A stretch of 64,000 nucleotides of DNA. Origin: Thermoplasmata archaeon (GTDB lineage: Archaea; Thermoplasmatota; Thermoplasmata; RBG-16-68-12; JAFNFQ01). Position 1 is the stretch's first letter, and each line of letters opens with the position of its first letter. The position numbers were made by a program, and so were the translations under genes. The DNA is taken from positions 1 to 64,000 of the forward strand of contig JBGPQV010000005.1 of the NCBI GenBank assembly GCA_041489255.1, read 5' to 3'. Under the pieces are notes generated by a model that saw only the letters and a list, made by a program, of their open reading frames with translations, had not been told where the DNA came from and did no database searches. This document shows positions 8,925 to 18,912 of the stretch, one piece after another.

Positions 8925-10367
8925 TCAATCCGATTGAAACCCATCCAATTTTGCTTTGTCGATGAGCACGGCAGCCGGCTCGAATCGGGCCAAATGTAAG
9001 ATCGGAACGCAATCACTTGTGTAGCCCGGTCCCGATGCCTGCGAGCTCTTCTGCCAATCGCCTCCGTCTCCGAAAATCCTGCTAATGGTTATGTTGAGCC
9101 TTCCCCACTTGTGCGCGTATCTTACCGAATACTGGTGAGTTGCTTGGTCACGGTGGCAGTACACGACGTGGTAGCCTCCGCTTCTGTCGATCACAGCTCC
9201 ATCCGGATAGATAGCTTGCGCCCCGTACTGGGGATCCACGACCTCGGTGGTCATGTTCGCGCCGACCTCGGTTCGGAGCATGTACCAATTTGGGGCGTGG
9301 AAGATGTGAACCTTTGAATCCGAGTCGGTGACGATTGACGTATATGCAAGTCCGCTGGAAGAGACAAGCCTGAGATCCCAGCCAGTCCCGTTCAAGCTGG
9401 CATAGGCGATCCACCCTGACCGCCATGGCGGATCCGCGAAATCCTTGAAAAAGGAGATGTGCGGTCGGTCTTGCGCGTCGAGCGCGAGTGAAGGAAGTCC
9501 GCACGCGCTTCCCCAGCTCGGCAAGTCTAGACAACCTATGGCGGTTCCCGACCAGGAATTGCCATCGTAAGAGGCGTAGACGACTTCAGACTTCCGCTCC
9601 GCGGCAAAAGCCAATCTTGGGTGACCTCTGGAATCCAGCGCCAACGATGTCCCCCGAAATTCCAGAAAATCATCAGATGATATCACGCCATAGGAATGCA
9701 GCATATTAAATTGCCATGCTCCACCAGGCTGCTGCCTCGTGACATACATCACATGGTAGCTATCTATAACGTCGTAAAGGGCATCATAATACGAGACATG
9801 GGGTCTGTCTTGGGAGTCGAGAACGAAGCTCGGTCCTATCCCGCATAAACCTGTCCCCATGGCGTAGCAGATCACCTCCGTCACCCATTGCCCGGACGTG
9901 TTGTAGGCATACGACAGGCGTTCGCCGTAGTAGTCGCTGTAGATAATGTGAGGAGCGTCGTTCGAGTCCAGGGCGATGATTGGCGTGGCGTAGAAGATGG
10001 TGTCGCAGACCTTCTCCACCTCCCATGAGGAACTGGTCCAGAATGCATGGTAGATGGCCTGTTCGGATTGCCCTGCAAACGCGATATGAGGTCTTCCGCG
10101 GCTGTCGACGGCCACGGACGAAATCCAATCAGTCGACGAGCTTCGGTATATGTCCGCAACCGACCAGTTGGCCGATGTCTTCGGAGGCGGCACCTTCACA
10201 AGATCTAGCTGCAACAGGGGACTGGAAGAAGCCTCAACGGGGATAGCGCTTGCAGGAGGCACCGCAGCAATGAGAAAGGCGCAAACGAAGCTCAATCCCG
10301 CAATGTTGACTATCCCCGTAATCCGCCTGTGGTCGCGGCGCATGACCGATGCTCCCATGGCCCTCAC
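8925..10367 (-). CDS. Secreted beta-propeller repeat protein
   Basis: Hydrophobic signal segment, then about 6 repeats of SLALDS.GRPHI(S/A)(F/Y)…YA…W; lower GC than neighbours. Confidence 0.75.
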   Translation of the reverse strand: MRAMGASVMRRDHRRITGIVNIAGLSFVCAFLIAAVPPASAIPVEASSSPLLQLDLVKVPPPKTSANWSVADIYRSSSTDWISSVAVDSRGRPHIAFAGQSEQAIYHAFWTSSSWEVEKVCDTIFYATPIIALDSNDAPHIIYSDYYGERLSYAYNTSGQWVTEVICYAMGTGLCGIGPSFVLDSQDRPHVSYYDALYDVIDSYHVMYVTRQQPGGAWQFNMLHSYGVISSDDFLEFRGTSLALDSRGHPRLAFAAERKSEVVYASYDGNSWSGTAIGCLDLPSWGSACGLPSLALDAQDRPHISFFKDFADPPWRSGWIAYASLNGTGWDLRLVSSSGLAYTSIVTDSDSKVHIFHAPNWYMLRTEVGANMTTEVVDPQYGAQAIYPDGAVIDRSGGYHVVYCHRDQATHQYSVRYAHKWGRLNITISRIFGDGGDWQKSSQASGPGYTSDCVPILHLARFEPAAVLIDKAKLDGFQSD

Positions 10368-10483
10368 AGGAGAGGAATGCTGCTGCGTCGGATATATCGG
10401 TTATCTCACAGAATGCAGTTGAAGGTGGTGGTGATGTGACTTACAATAGCTCAGTATTTTGTTGTGGCGCCTGCCGGTTCCGT

Positions 10484-13400
10484 CTACAGGATTTCTGGTG
10501 TGATCAGGTCCGGAGCCCATGTGAATGTCGAGACGATTTCGACCCAGATACAGTCTCCAGGATTGATGGAGAAGTTTGTCCCAGTCCAGCCTGATGGACC
10601 ATAGGCGAAGACCTCGCTGCTCTGGCTGGAGTAGATCCACTTTCCGATCCTGATGATGTTCACATTGTTCCCCGGGCCGGTGCCGCCCTCGATGGACACG
10701 ACAAGCTGCCGAGCGTCCTTGATCGCGGTCGTGAATGGCAGGCCGATCCAGTAGAAGGTCCATCTGAACTGTGGGCGGAGGACGAAAGACAACGGATCCG
10801 CGCTGTCAGTCCCATTCACCGCCCAGTTGAACGCCGTGGCCACGCCCAAGAGCAACCCCTCGCCTGGATTGAGGGAGAAGTCCTGTCCCCGCCAAGAACC
10901 ATTCAGGTAGTGGTATATCACGAGCCTCTGATTCGTGCCGTCCCACTTCCCGACCAGGTTTATCTTGCGCTCGGTGAGTTCGCTCACGATATCGCTCGCT
11001 TTCCTGTAGATCGAATTGAACGGCAGACTGAACCAGAGCCCGCTCGGCATTCCCACGTTGGGGGAGACGGAAAGATGCCACAGCACGCCCATCGTGCTGT
11101 TCATGCTCTCCTGGGTGGCGCTGTAACCTTTCACTATGTAGAAGTGGGTCTGCATGTCGCTCTGGTGGCCTATGGCTATGTAAGACGTCCCGGTGATATC
11201 GGCGAGCTGCTGCCATGACCCGGGCCACGGCGCGAACCGGTCAGTCGCATGGAACACCTTGTAGTGCGTCGCCTCGGGGCTGGCGTTCCAAGTCAGGAGC
11301 ACGTCATTCGCAGGCAATCTGTGAACCTGGAGGCCCCTCACGGGGAATCTGCAGTCCGTGGTGAAGTTCCATGGGTTGGGGACTGGACCCTTCGTCAGGT
11401 CCATGTAGTTCCAGTCCTCAAGGTGCTTCACCGAGACGAAGTACCTCCTACAGACGAGGAAAGGATCAGTATGGGTGAACTTGACAGTCCAATCGTTCTG
11501 CCAGAACCGCGAGAGACCGACCGAGGGAACGAGCTCGAAGTCGAGGCTGCCTCGGTTGACGGCCTCGCTGAAGACGATCGTGATTGGCGCGCCGATGGAT
11601 ACTCCGATCTCGTTGTCTGCGGGCGAGGTGCTCACGATGTACGGCGGGATGCAGATTGTCCTGAACCACCAGGGGTTCTTGATCGGTCCCGCGACCAGAG
11701 GCTGTCCAGCCAGGTTCGTGACATTGCGGACCCTGAGCATGTAGACGGTGCAGTCCGCGAAGGGGATCGAATGGTGGATTACCACGGCGTTGTTGAAGTC
11801 GATCCACTGGTAGGTCAGGGACCCGATCGACGGCGTGATGGTGAAGCTGAAGTTTGTCGGGTCCATTGGCTCGCTGAAGTTCACGAAAATCCGCCAGGTC
11901 AGCGTCACGTTCTGCTGCGCGTCGGCTGGTATGGTGGAGACGATAATCGGTCCCGCCACGCAGACGGCTGTGAAAACCCACGGAATCTGAATCGGACCCT
12001 CGACCACGGATCGCCCGTTCTTCCCCACCGCTACCGGCATTGCCCTGTACGTCTGGCAGGCGACGAAGGGCAAGTGGGTCACCGTCACATTCGTGTCATT
12101 CTCGCTCCAGGTGAATCCGTACGGTCCGGCGTCCGGTACTACGATCGTGGGAGCGAGCGTGCTCGTGTTCATCGGCATGTTGAATTTCAGTATTACATCT
12201 TGGTCGAGAGGGACGTCGACGGCATTCGGCGCGGGTTGCGCCCAGACGAGCACCGGGTAGCACTCCGTGGACACGGTGCCGAACGTGAAAGGGTGCTTGG
12301 CGAAGCCAGGCATGAAGTCTCTGCCCGCGCCGTCCTTCGCCTCAAGCACGGTCACTGTGTAGTTCATGCACGCGTTGAACGAGTGGTACATGTTGTATGG
12401 CGGGATGAAGTGCGTGAGGGTTACCGTGTCACCAAATGGGTTCCACTCCGTGCTCATCAGACCGCTGAATTCGCCGCCATACTCGTCCTTCACGGAGATT
12501 CTGAAGGAACTCTGGTCGACACCGCCCCACCAGATGATGGTGATGTTCTCGCTGAGAGGCACCTCCCTGTCGCCGTCAGATGGATGCGTCCTCATCATGA
12601 ATGGCGGGCAGCCTCCGGGTCCTGTGGTCATGAACTGCCACGGATTCGGCGCGTTCGGGTTGTTGATTAGAGAATATCCGCCTAGGTCAAGAGCCCATAC
12701 GTGCATCTGATATGGCGTGCAGGGATCGAAGGGCTCGGTGTGGTCGAGGCTGAGGGAAGTGTTCGAGGTCCACGCAGGTGTCAGGGTGCCCGACCAGTTG
12801 ACCCCTGTCGCGAAGTTCTTCAGCTCATAAGCCAGGCTGTCCATCATCATGTCCCTGCTGAACGTCACGTTAATCGTCTTCGAGAGGTCGACGAATGGGA
12901 ACTGATGTGGCGGTTTTGTCACGATTATGTATGGATTAAGGGCCTCTGTCGTGAAGTACCAGTGCTCAACGGCGCCGTCGTACGTCAAGAGCAGCCCCGC
13001 CTTGCTCATGCACGGTTTCGAGAGGTCGCTGACGGGGACGTCATATGTGTAGATGGTGAGCTGCTCGAACGGGGTGTCGTTGTGGTATCCGATCAGCTCC
13101 GTGGCGGAGGCGTCCCAGCTCCACTCCATCGCGATGTCCGGTGAAGCGGTGATGTAGGGCCAGCACGTGCTCGTGTCCATCACCTGACTGAACATTATGA
13201 TGATGAGGTGAGTGACCTTGACGTCGACGTCGTTCTGCTTGGGGAGCGTGGCGACGATGTACGGCCTCGGCGCGATCGTCGAGAACGACCAGCAGAACTT
13301 CCCGCCCGTGTGGTTCAGAATCACCCCTGCTTTGTCCGTCCCCCACACGCACACATCGTACTTCTGCCCCTTCAGGAACGCCGCAGCATGCGCTATCTTC

Positions 13401-15178
13401 ACCTTCGTGTCGCCTTCGTACCAGCCCCACGGCGTGGTCAAGGTGACGTTCGGAATCACGCTCATCCAGACGTTCGCGGTGTTCATCGGCTTGGTGAAGT
13501 TGATGTAGATCGGCGCGTTGGTCGGGATGTTGAATAACATCGGGTAGTAGCTCGAAACCATCGGCGGGAGCTCGGTGATCGAATAAGTGATAGTCACGTC
13601 CTCGACTCGGGGGGCGACAGAAGAATCGTAAGTGATCAAATCGGCGAGATACTTGATGCACTTGAAACCGCCCAGATCGATCGATTGCCCGGGAGAGGTG
13701 TAATATGGGCTCCACATCGCGATGGCGGAGTTGTTGCACTCGTTGCTGACGTTTACCTGGAGCCTGATCTGCGTGTTCGGCGGGACATTGGCGGGTGTCT
13801 GGTTCCAGAATATCTTGTCCCAGTGCGTGAGCGTCTGGTAGGTGTTGAACATGTTCGAGATGTATCTGCCCTCCAGGCGAAAGCTGAACTTGATCGTCCA
13901 CATGTCGCTGAGCATCGAACCCGAGAAATCAGAGCCGCCAAACATGATGATCGCATCGTGCGCGGGGTCGTACGCCAGGCCGTGATCTTTCCTGAGCGGG
14001 CTCGGCACACTCGGCGTGAACACCAATTTCCAGTTCGCCTTCCAAGAAAACGGGTCGTCCGGGTCGTACTGATCCCATCTGTATCGGAATGTCTGGTTCG
14101 AGGCGAATGACCCGCCCCACAGGACGATCCCTTGGATTGAACTGGTGAAGACATACGCGGTCTTCGCCCCGGCGCCAGAGGGCGGTTTCATGTCTGTCGA
14201 TATCGATCGCCACGTGTTGGCCTGCGTATCGTACTCCCATGTGTCGTCGTACTGCTGCATCACCTCGGCCCCGCCATAGAGGACGACTCTCCTGTGGTTG
14301 TTCTGGTAGTTGTAAGCGAGCGCGAATCCCGATCTCGGAGCCGGTCCGATGGACGGCTTCTGCTGCCATGTGTGCGTTGTCGCACTGTAGGCCCACACCT
14401 CCATCCCGCTGAGGCCCCGTCCCACGAGGATAGCCTGTTTCACGACGGGGTCGTAAGTCATTGCATGGTAACCGAGGCGCTGGGGCTGGGTCATGGCCGT
14501 CCGATTGACCCATGTGTTGTTAGTCACGTGGAACTCCCACGTGTCCGTGAGCTGCGTGGCATAATCGGCCGCCATCCCACCGTACATCACGACGACCTTG
14601 CTGTTATTGTCATAGGCCATGGAGAGGCCGAATCTGCGCGGCGGGGCGCAGGCTCGCGTGTCATCCGCGCATATCCTGGTCCACAAGTTTGAGCCGTAGT
14701 CGTATTCCCATGTGTCGTTGTGCACGGTCGAACCGCCGTCAACGCCTCCGAAGAGGACGAACATGTTCCTGTAGGAATTGTTGGTGAAGCCGAAGGACTT
14801 CCTCGGCCCAGGGTCCGATGGCGGGAATCTCTCTATCCAGTTCCCGATGTCTTTCGTGTTCTGGATGTAGGCGCCCGCCCCCGTGCCGAGGAGCTGGGTC
14901 TCGAAGCCGGTCCCAGCGAGGAAGTCGCCGTCCGCGAAATCTGAGTCGGAAGTCTCCAGCCAGGATGCCGCCTTGGCCCTGTCCGGAAGCAGCACGAGAA
15001 TCGAGGAGAGCAGCAGGAGTGCTATGATGCAAACCGCATACGCCCTTGCTCTATCGAACGCACTCTCATCCTCCCGCCATTTCCCCTTCTGCAATCGAGG
15101 AAAGCGATTGTCACTCCTCCTTATCGGTGTAGCCTCCGTAAGTAACTTGTGGTGCGGCCTTTCTGTGTCAAATCCCAT
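10484..15178 (-). CDS. Giant secreted protein: Kelch propeller, about 7 Ig-like (Big_5-type) repeats and C-terminal beta domains (start uncertain)
   Basis: Signal CIIALLLLSSILVLL…AKA; Kelch repeats (LFGG…NDTWEY); repeats PYIV.T.P…I.I.FS..M; ATG at 15178 preferred to the ORF-track start at 15466. Confidence 0.85.
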   Translation of the reverse strand: MGFDTERPHHKLLTEATPIRRSDNRFPRLQKGKWREDESAFDRARAYAVCIIALLLLSSILVLLPDRAKAASWLETSDSDFADGDFLAGTGFETQLLGTGAGAYIQNTKDIGNWIERFPPSDPGPRKSFGFTNNSYRNMFVLFGGVDGGSTVHNDTWEYDYGSNLWTRICADDTRACAPPRRFGLSMAYDNNSKVVVMYGGMAADYATQLTDTWEFHVTNNTWVNRTAMTQPQRLGYHAMTYDPVVKQAILVGRGLSGMEVWAYSATTHTWQQKPSIGPAPRSGFALAYNYQNNHRRVVLYGGAEVMQQYDDTWEYDTQANTWRSISTDMKPPSGAGAKTAYVFTSSIQGIVLWGGSFASNQTFRYRWDQYDPDDPFSWKANWKLVFTPSVPSPLRKDHGLAYDPAHDAIIMFGGSDFSGSMLSDMWTIKFSFRLEGRYISNMFNTYQTLTHWDKIFWNQTPANVPPNTQIRLQVNVSNECNNSAIAMWSPYYTSPGQSIDLGGFKCIKYLADLITYDSSVAPRVEDVTITYSITELPPMVSSYYPMLFNIPTNAPIYINFTKPMNTANVWMSVIPNVTLTTPWGWYEGDTKVKIAHAAAFLKGQKYDVCVWGTDKAGVILNHTGGKFCWSFSTIAPRPYIVATLPKQNDVDVKVTHLIIIMFSQVMDTSTCWPYITASPDIAMEWSWDASATELIGYHNDTPFEQLTIYTYDVPVSDLSKPCMSKAGLLLTYDGAVEHWYFTTEALNPYIIVTKPPHQFPFVDLSKTINVTFSRDMMMDSLAYELKNFATGVNWSGTLTPAWTSNTSLSLDHTEPFDPCTPYQMHVWALDLGGYSLINNPNAPNPWQFMTTGPGGCPPFMMRTHPSDGDREVPLSENITIIWWGGVDQSSFRISVKDEYGGEFSGLMSTEWNPFGDTVTLTHFIPPYNMYHSFNACMNYTVTVLEAKDGAGRDFMPGFAKHPFTFGTVSTECYPVLVWAQPAPNAVDVPLDQDVILKFNMPMNTSTLAPTIVVPDAGPYGFTWSENDTNVTVTHLPFVACQTYRAMPVAVGKNGRSVVEGPIQIPWVFTAVCVAGPIIVSTIPADAQQNVTLTWRIFVNFSEPMDPTNFSFTITPSIGSLTYQWIDFNNAVVIHHSIPFADCTVYMLRVRNVTNLAGQPLVAGPIKNPWWFRTICIPPYIVSTSPADNEIGVSIGAPITIVFSEAVNRGSLDFELVPSVGLSRFWQNDWTVKFTHTDPFLVCRRYFVSVKHLEDWNYMDLTKGPVPNPWNFTTDCRFPVRGLQVHRLPANDVLLTWNASPEATHYKVFHATDRFAPWPGSWQQLADITGTSYIAIGHQSDMQTHFYIVKGYSATQESMNSTMGVLWHLSVSPNVGMPSGLWFSLPFNSIYRKASDIVSELTERKINLVGKWDGTNQRLVIYHYLNGSWRGQDFSLNPGEGLLLGVATAFNWAVNGTDSADPLSFVLRPQFRWTFYWIGLPFTTAIKDARQLVVSIEGGTGPGNNVNIIRIGKWIYSSQSSEVFAYGPSGWTGTNFSINPGDCIWVEIVSTFTWAPDLITPEIL

Positions 15179-15393
15179 AATCACTTTCTTGGAGAGACCG
15201 CAATACCTCCCATGCCTAGGCTGGCGCAGGGGCAGGTCGCACGGATAATAGATGCGATGGAAGACGGGGTCAAGCCTGTGTATTCGATCACCGGGAGATG
15301 GGACGTCGCTCCTCGAAAGGCGAGTTGACAGGCGGAGCCGACGGGTCAAGGACCGGGGACGCGGGCATCGGTGTGGACAACCGGACCGTTCGG

Positions 15394-15459
15394 AGTAGAG
15401 TGAAAGTAGAGTGAAAGCAGAGCAAAAGCAGAGGAAAAGCAGAGCAAAGGTAGACCATC
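15394..15459 (+). repeat. Six tandem 11-bp direct repeats, consensus AG(T/C)AGAG(T/C)(G/A)AA
   Basis: agtagagtgaa agtagagtgaa agcagagcaaa agcagaggaaa agcagagcaaa ggtagaccatc, read directly in a long divergent intergenic region. Confidence 0.85.
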
Positions 15460-15732
15460 TCTCCATATGGACATGTGCATTTGTTCGGAGTATACATGCT
15501 GCAATAAGACATGATCGTTCTCATGACAGGCGAAATGGTCGGCGTTCTCACCTATGGTGGAAGGCAGCTTTCGCGGACCTCCGAGGAGGGGAACCAATCA
15601 CAGGATTGTATAGGTGCGATCGTCTAGGTGAATCGCATCTTTCCGCCGATCGGACTCGCGGGTGCCGCGGTGTTCTCGCCTTTGATAACCGTCGCCTCAC
15701 AGTTTAATAGGCGACTTCACGACTCGGAGAAC

Positions 15733-16539
15733 ATGGCGCTATTCAAGGGAGAGAACAGGCACGAGTCGATCAGCATGGTCATCGGCAGCATCTTGCTGGT
15801 CATGGGACTGATAGTGCTCTTCATCGGGTTCTACTTCGCGTTCACGATAGTGTCGAACCCGCGGGCATATCTGGACTCGCAGACGCCGAGCTCGAATGAC
15901 CAGACAACTACGGGGCCGCGTGCCGAGTTCAGGTTCACGATCAACGATTTCACGGTCTCCTTCACGGATGCGTCGCAGCAGGGGGATTCGTCGATCAACC
16001 AGTGGGAGTGGGACTTCGGGGACGGGAACAGCGTTAGCGGGCAGACACCGCCGTCTCACACCTACAGCGGCAACTTCAGCGGCTCGGTGAGGCTCACCGT
16101 CAGGGACGGGAATGACAAGGAGAGCAGCGCGCTGGGGAGCGTGCACGTTGGCATGGGGGAGCACTCGTCTGGTAACTCGGCGCCCGACTTCAGCACGGAC
16201 CTGGGCAGCGCGCTCAACATGAACGACATCTTCCGCCCGCTGACGGAACTCGCCCGGGGTGTTGCAGCAGTCGCAGGCACGTTCTTCATGCTCTTGATCA
16301 TCTGTATCGCGGGAGGTTCGATCCTGAAGGCTGGCTGGAACCTCATCAGGCCTCGGCCAGAGACCATCAAGGTGCGCATCAAGCCGAAGGACCTCCAGGC
16401 AGAGCCGGTCTATCCGACCACGTACGCGACATCGCCGCAGGCGCCGATGCAGACGGCCCAGCAACCACCGCCCCCCTTCTTCCCGCCGGAAACGCCGCCG
16501 CCACAGCAGTACTTCCAACCGCCACCGCCAGTCCAGTGA
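15733..16539 (+). CDS. Membrane protein with PKD domain and Pro/Gln-rich tail
   Basis: TM helix; PKD motif VSFTDAS…WEWDFGDG…SHTY…VRLTVRD; second TM; QQPPPPFFPP tail; TTTAATA box about 28 nt upstream of ATG 15733. Confidence 0.85.
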   Translation: MALFKGENRHESISMVIGSILLVMGLIVLFIGFYFAFTIVSNPRAYLDSQTPSSNDQTTTGPRAEFRFTINDFTVSFTDASQQGDSSINQWEWDFGDGNSVSGQTPPSHTYSGNFSGSVRLTVRDGNDKESSALGSVHVGMGEHSSGNSAPDFSTDLGSALNMNDIFRPLTELARGVAAVAGTFFMLLIICIAGGSILKAGWNLIRPRPETIKVRIKPKDLQAEPVYPTTYATSPQAPMQTAQQPPPPFFPPETPPPQQYFQPPPPVQ

Positions 16540-16588
16540 CTGCGCGCGAGAGGTTTCCCGCGAGTGTGAGGAAAGGACGGCGGAGAAC

Positions 16589-17191
16589 CTACATCCGCCG
16601 GCTCTCGGCCAGCCAGTTGTCGGCCTCTCTCTGGATCTCTTCCTCGGCGCGCTCCGTCTCGATGAACTGCTTCTCGGGCCGGCCCTCTTCTCTTTCGTGC
16701 TTGGCGAGCCTCTTCAGCGCCATCTCGAGCGCGTAGAGCCTCGGGTGGCCGTTCACCCAGTGGAAGGCGCGTGACATGTTCGACACGATGAGGTGGTTGA
16801 ACACTATCACCTCGTCGTCCAGCTCGACGAAGACGTTCACCTCGCCGTGCTTGGGTTTGCTGAAGATCAGGCGGTTGACCTCGTCGTTCTTTATGACTCT
16901 GACTTTCTTTGCCATGTTTGACTGTATGCCGAGGCAGTTCATTATCTTGGCGGGATATCCGTGTTGTACAGGCCAATCGTTTGAGGGCTCATCGTGTCCC
17001 CAGTCATCATCGTGCCCTTCCCATGGCCCTATCCCAGAACACGCCCCGAACGACGAGACATCGCGTTTCATGATCTGGACTTTGACCAATGTCCCCTCGC
17101 GGATGCCCTCTTTCTTCGCGATTTCTTTGGGGATGACGATGGCTAGAGAGCTGCCAATCTTCCTGACCCTTCCCACAAATTCTGATGTCAT
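16589..17191 (-). CDS. AbrB/MazE-type DNA-binding (antitoxin-like) domain in frame with a separate archaeal hypothetical domain (internal ATG 16915)
   Basis: VRKIGSSLAIVIPKEIAKKEGIREGTLVKV is the AbrB fold; non-globular linker; MAKKVRVIKNDEV… reads like a standalone gene. Confidence 0.7.
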   Translation of the reverse strand: MTSEFVGRVRKIGSSLAIVIPKEIAKKEGIREGTLVKVQIMKRDVSSFGACSGIGPWEGHDDDWGHDEPSNDWPVQHGYPAKIMNCLGIQSNMAKKVRVIKNDEVNRLIFSKPKHGEVNVFVELDDEVIVFNHLIVSNMSRAFHWVNGHPRLYALEMALKRLAKHEREEGRPEKQFIETERAEEEIQREADNWLAESRRM

Positions 17192-17273
17192 CGCATTCGG
17201 AGTACTGACCTAGGCTTGACCTGAGGTTTACTGTAAGATGAGCGAAAGTGACTTCATAATTCGCGGATGAAAA

Positions 17274-18695
17274 CTAGCCTTCTCGGCTCGCTTCCCACTC
17301 CTTCAGTGCCGCCTTCATGTTCTTCACCGCCGCTTCCTCGAGCGGCTTGACCTTCCTGAGGAGCTCCGCGCCCTTCTTCCTGTCCTCAATCTTCATCTCC
17401 CCCTCCATCTTGAACGGGAAGATCTTGGTGAACTGCGTCATGAGTTCCGTGCCCTTCTCGTAGCACTTGGCGGCTTCGATCAGGTGCTTCGACTCCTTCC
17501 CCTTGTTCTTCTTCCCGAGCCTCTTCATGAATGCGGCGGACATCCCCCGGCTCTCCTGGTAGCACGCGCCGACGTAGCTGTTGCCGAAGTAGTGCTGCTC
17601 CGCCTCGGGCGCAGTCTCGAGGACCCTCGCCCATTCCTCCAGCGCCTCCGGGCCCGCGATGTATCTCGGATTCACCGGCACGTTGCCGGAGGCGAACTTG
17701 ACCGCTCTCTCCACCGCTAGCCTGTCCGCGGCGGGGCTCTGCTTCGTCTTCTCCCCGAAGTAGTACGCGTCGAGGCAGCCGGGCGCCTGCAGATCCTTGT
17801 ACGGGATTGGTGTCTCTGGCTTGCCTGTCAGGCTCCGGTACGTGCTGACGACGTACGAATCGCCGTCATAGCCCTTTACGATCCCGTACTCCGGCAGGAC
17901 GAGCCCCCAGAGCACGACAGGCCGGTCCTTCGCGTCTATCTCCTGCTTGACCCGCTCGAACAGCTTCCTGACCTTCTCCAGCTCCTCCGGGGTCGGGCTG
18001 CCCGACTTGGCGGGATAGGAGTTGTCGTCGAACCAGTGCTCCATCTTGACGCCAAGGCTCTCGGTGCCGTGATATATCATGTCCCAGGTCTCGTTGTGCA
18101 GCGCGGTCGGGCCGGACTCGCAGGTCACGCCCTTCGCCACGTTGATGATGAAGGAGTATCCCGACCTCCCGCCAACATCGCTCACGTCGCAGTCGATTCC
18201 AATTGCCCTCAACGATCCCGCAACCGCGCCGGTGTACGACAGCCAGCATGGCATGTACTCCACCTTCTTACTGATAACCTTCTTGCTCATCTTCTCACCT
18301 TCCATGATGCCCTTGGCGTAGACCTTGCGCATCTGCTCTCTCCTCTCCTGTTCCCGTCTCATCGAGTCACCGTAGACGGTCGAGGCCGCGTCGACCAGCG
18401 TCTTCCCGTCCTCTGTCAGGCGGTACTCCCCCCTCGACACGCGCTCGACGAGCCTCATGCCCATCAGCAGGCTGAGGTGGTTGACGAGGGCGTTCTTCGA
18501 GAGTCCCGTCGCCTTTGTCAGGTCGGAGAGGCCGCGGTTCTCCTGTCGAAGGAGGGCGAGAACGTGGATTCTCGCCGGATGCGCCGCCGACCTCAGAAGC
18601 TCTGCGACGGCCTTCGGCGACTCCATGAGGACGCTCCCGTTCTTCGCGGCATCGGTTTCCTTGCTCAACGGGCCACCCCTTGGGCCAAGGGGCAT
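17274..18695 (-). CDS. ArsR-family wHTH fused to a BtrH_N/C39-like papain-fold domain
   Basis: AAHPARIHVLALL…GLSKNALVNHLSLL…YRLTEDG; C-terminal domain has GGRSGYSF and PVVLWG…EYGIVKGYD; start may be 18626. Confidence 0.75.
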   Translation of the reverse strand: MPLGPRGGPLSKETDAAKNGSVLMESPKAVAELLRSAAHPARIHVLALLRQENRGLSDLTKATGLSKNALVNHLSLLMGMRLVERVSRGEYRLTEDGKTLVDAASTVYGDSMRREQERREQMRKVYAKGIMEGEKMSKKVISKKVEYMPCWLSYTGAVAGSLRAIGIDCDVSDVGGRSGYSFIINVAKGVTCESGPTALHNETWDMIYHGTESLGVKMEHWFDDNSYPAKSGSPTPEELEKVRKLFERVKQEIDAKDRPVVLWGLVLPEYGIVKGYDGDSYVVSTYRSLTGKPETPIPYKDLQAPGCLDAYYFGEKTKQSPAADRLAVERAVKFASGNVPVNPRYIAGPEALEEWARVLETAPEAEQHYFGNSYVGACYQESRGMSAAFMKRLGKKNKGKESKHLIEAAKCYEKGTELMTQFTKIFPFKMEGEMKIEDRKKGAELLRKVKPLEEAAVKNMKAALKEWEASREG

Positions 18696-18783
18696 TGCGA
18701 CGAGGGATGATAAATGTATCGGTCTTTGTGAACTTTAGTACCAATATGCGTGAACAAGTAGCGGCATGAAGTATTGCCAAATA

Positions 18784-18797
18784 TCCCCTGCAGGGGA
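18784..18797. promoter_or_regulatory. Perfect 14-bp palindrome upstream of the ArsR fusion gene, possible operator
   Basis: TCCCCTGCAGGGGA read directly; function inferred only from position. Confidence 0.3.
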
Positions 18798-18912
18798 ATC
18801 CCTGGACGAATCACAGCTTGCTAATTCACGATCGAGAAATGGTCCCGATATGACACGATAGCCTGCCTAGGAAAATCCCAATTGCTGAACTGTCCCGTGA
18901 TCTGGAGGCCTG

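Noticed and set aside
15394-15459. Possible mini-CRISPR or replication-origin repeats
   Set aside because: The units are contiguous 11-mers without spacers; no cas or orc1/cdc6 gene and no ORB-like G-string motif was seen.
15179-15466. N-terminal extension of the 1660-aa ORF with an apparent hydrophobic signal (FALLFLCFCSAF)
   Set aside because: The hydrophobic stretch is the translation of the 11-bp purine repeat; the real signal peptide is near 15040-14970.
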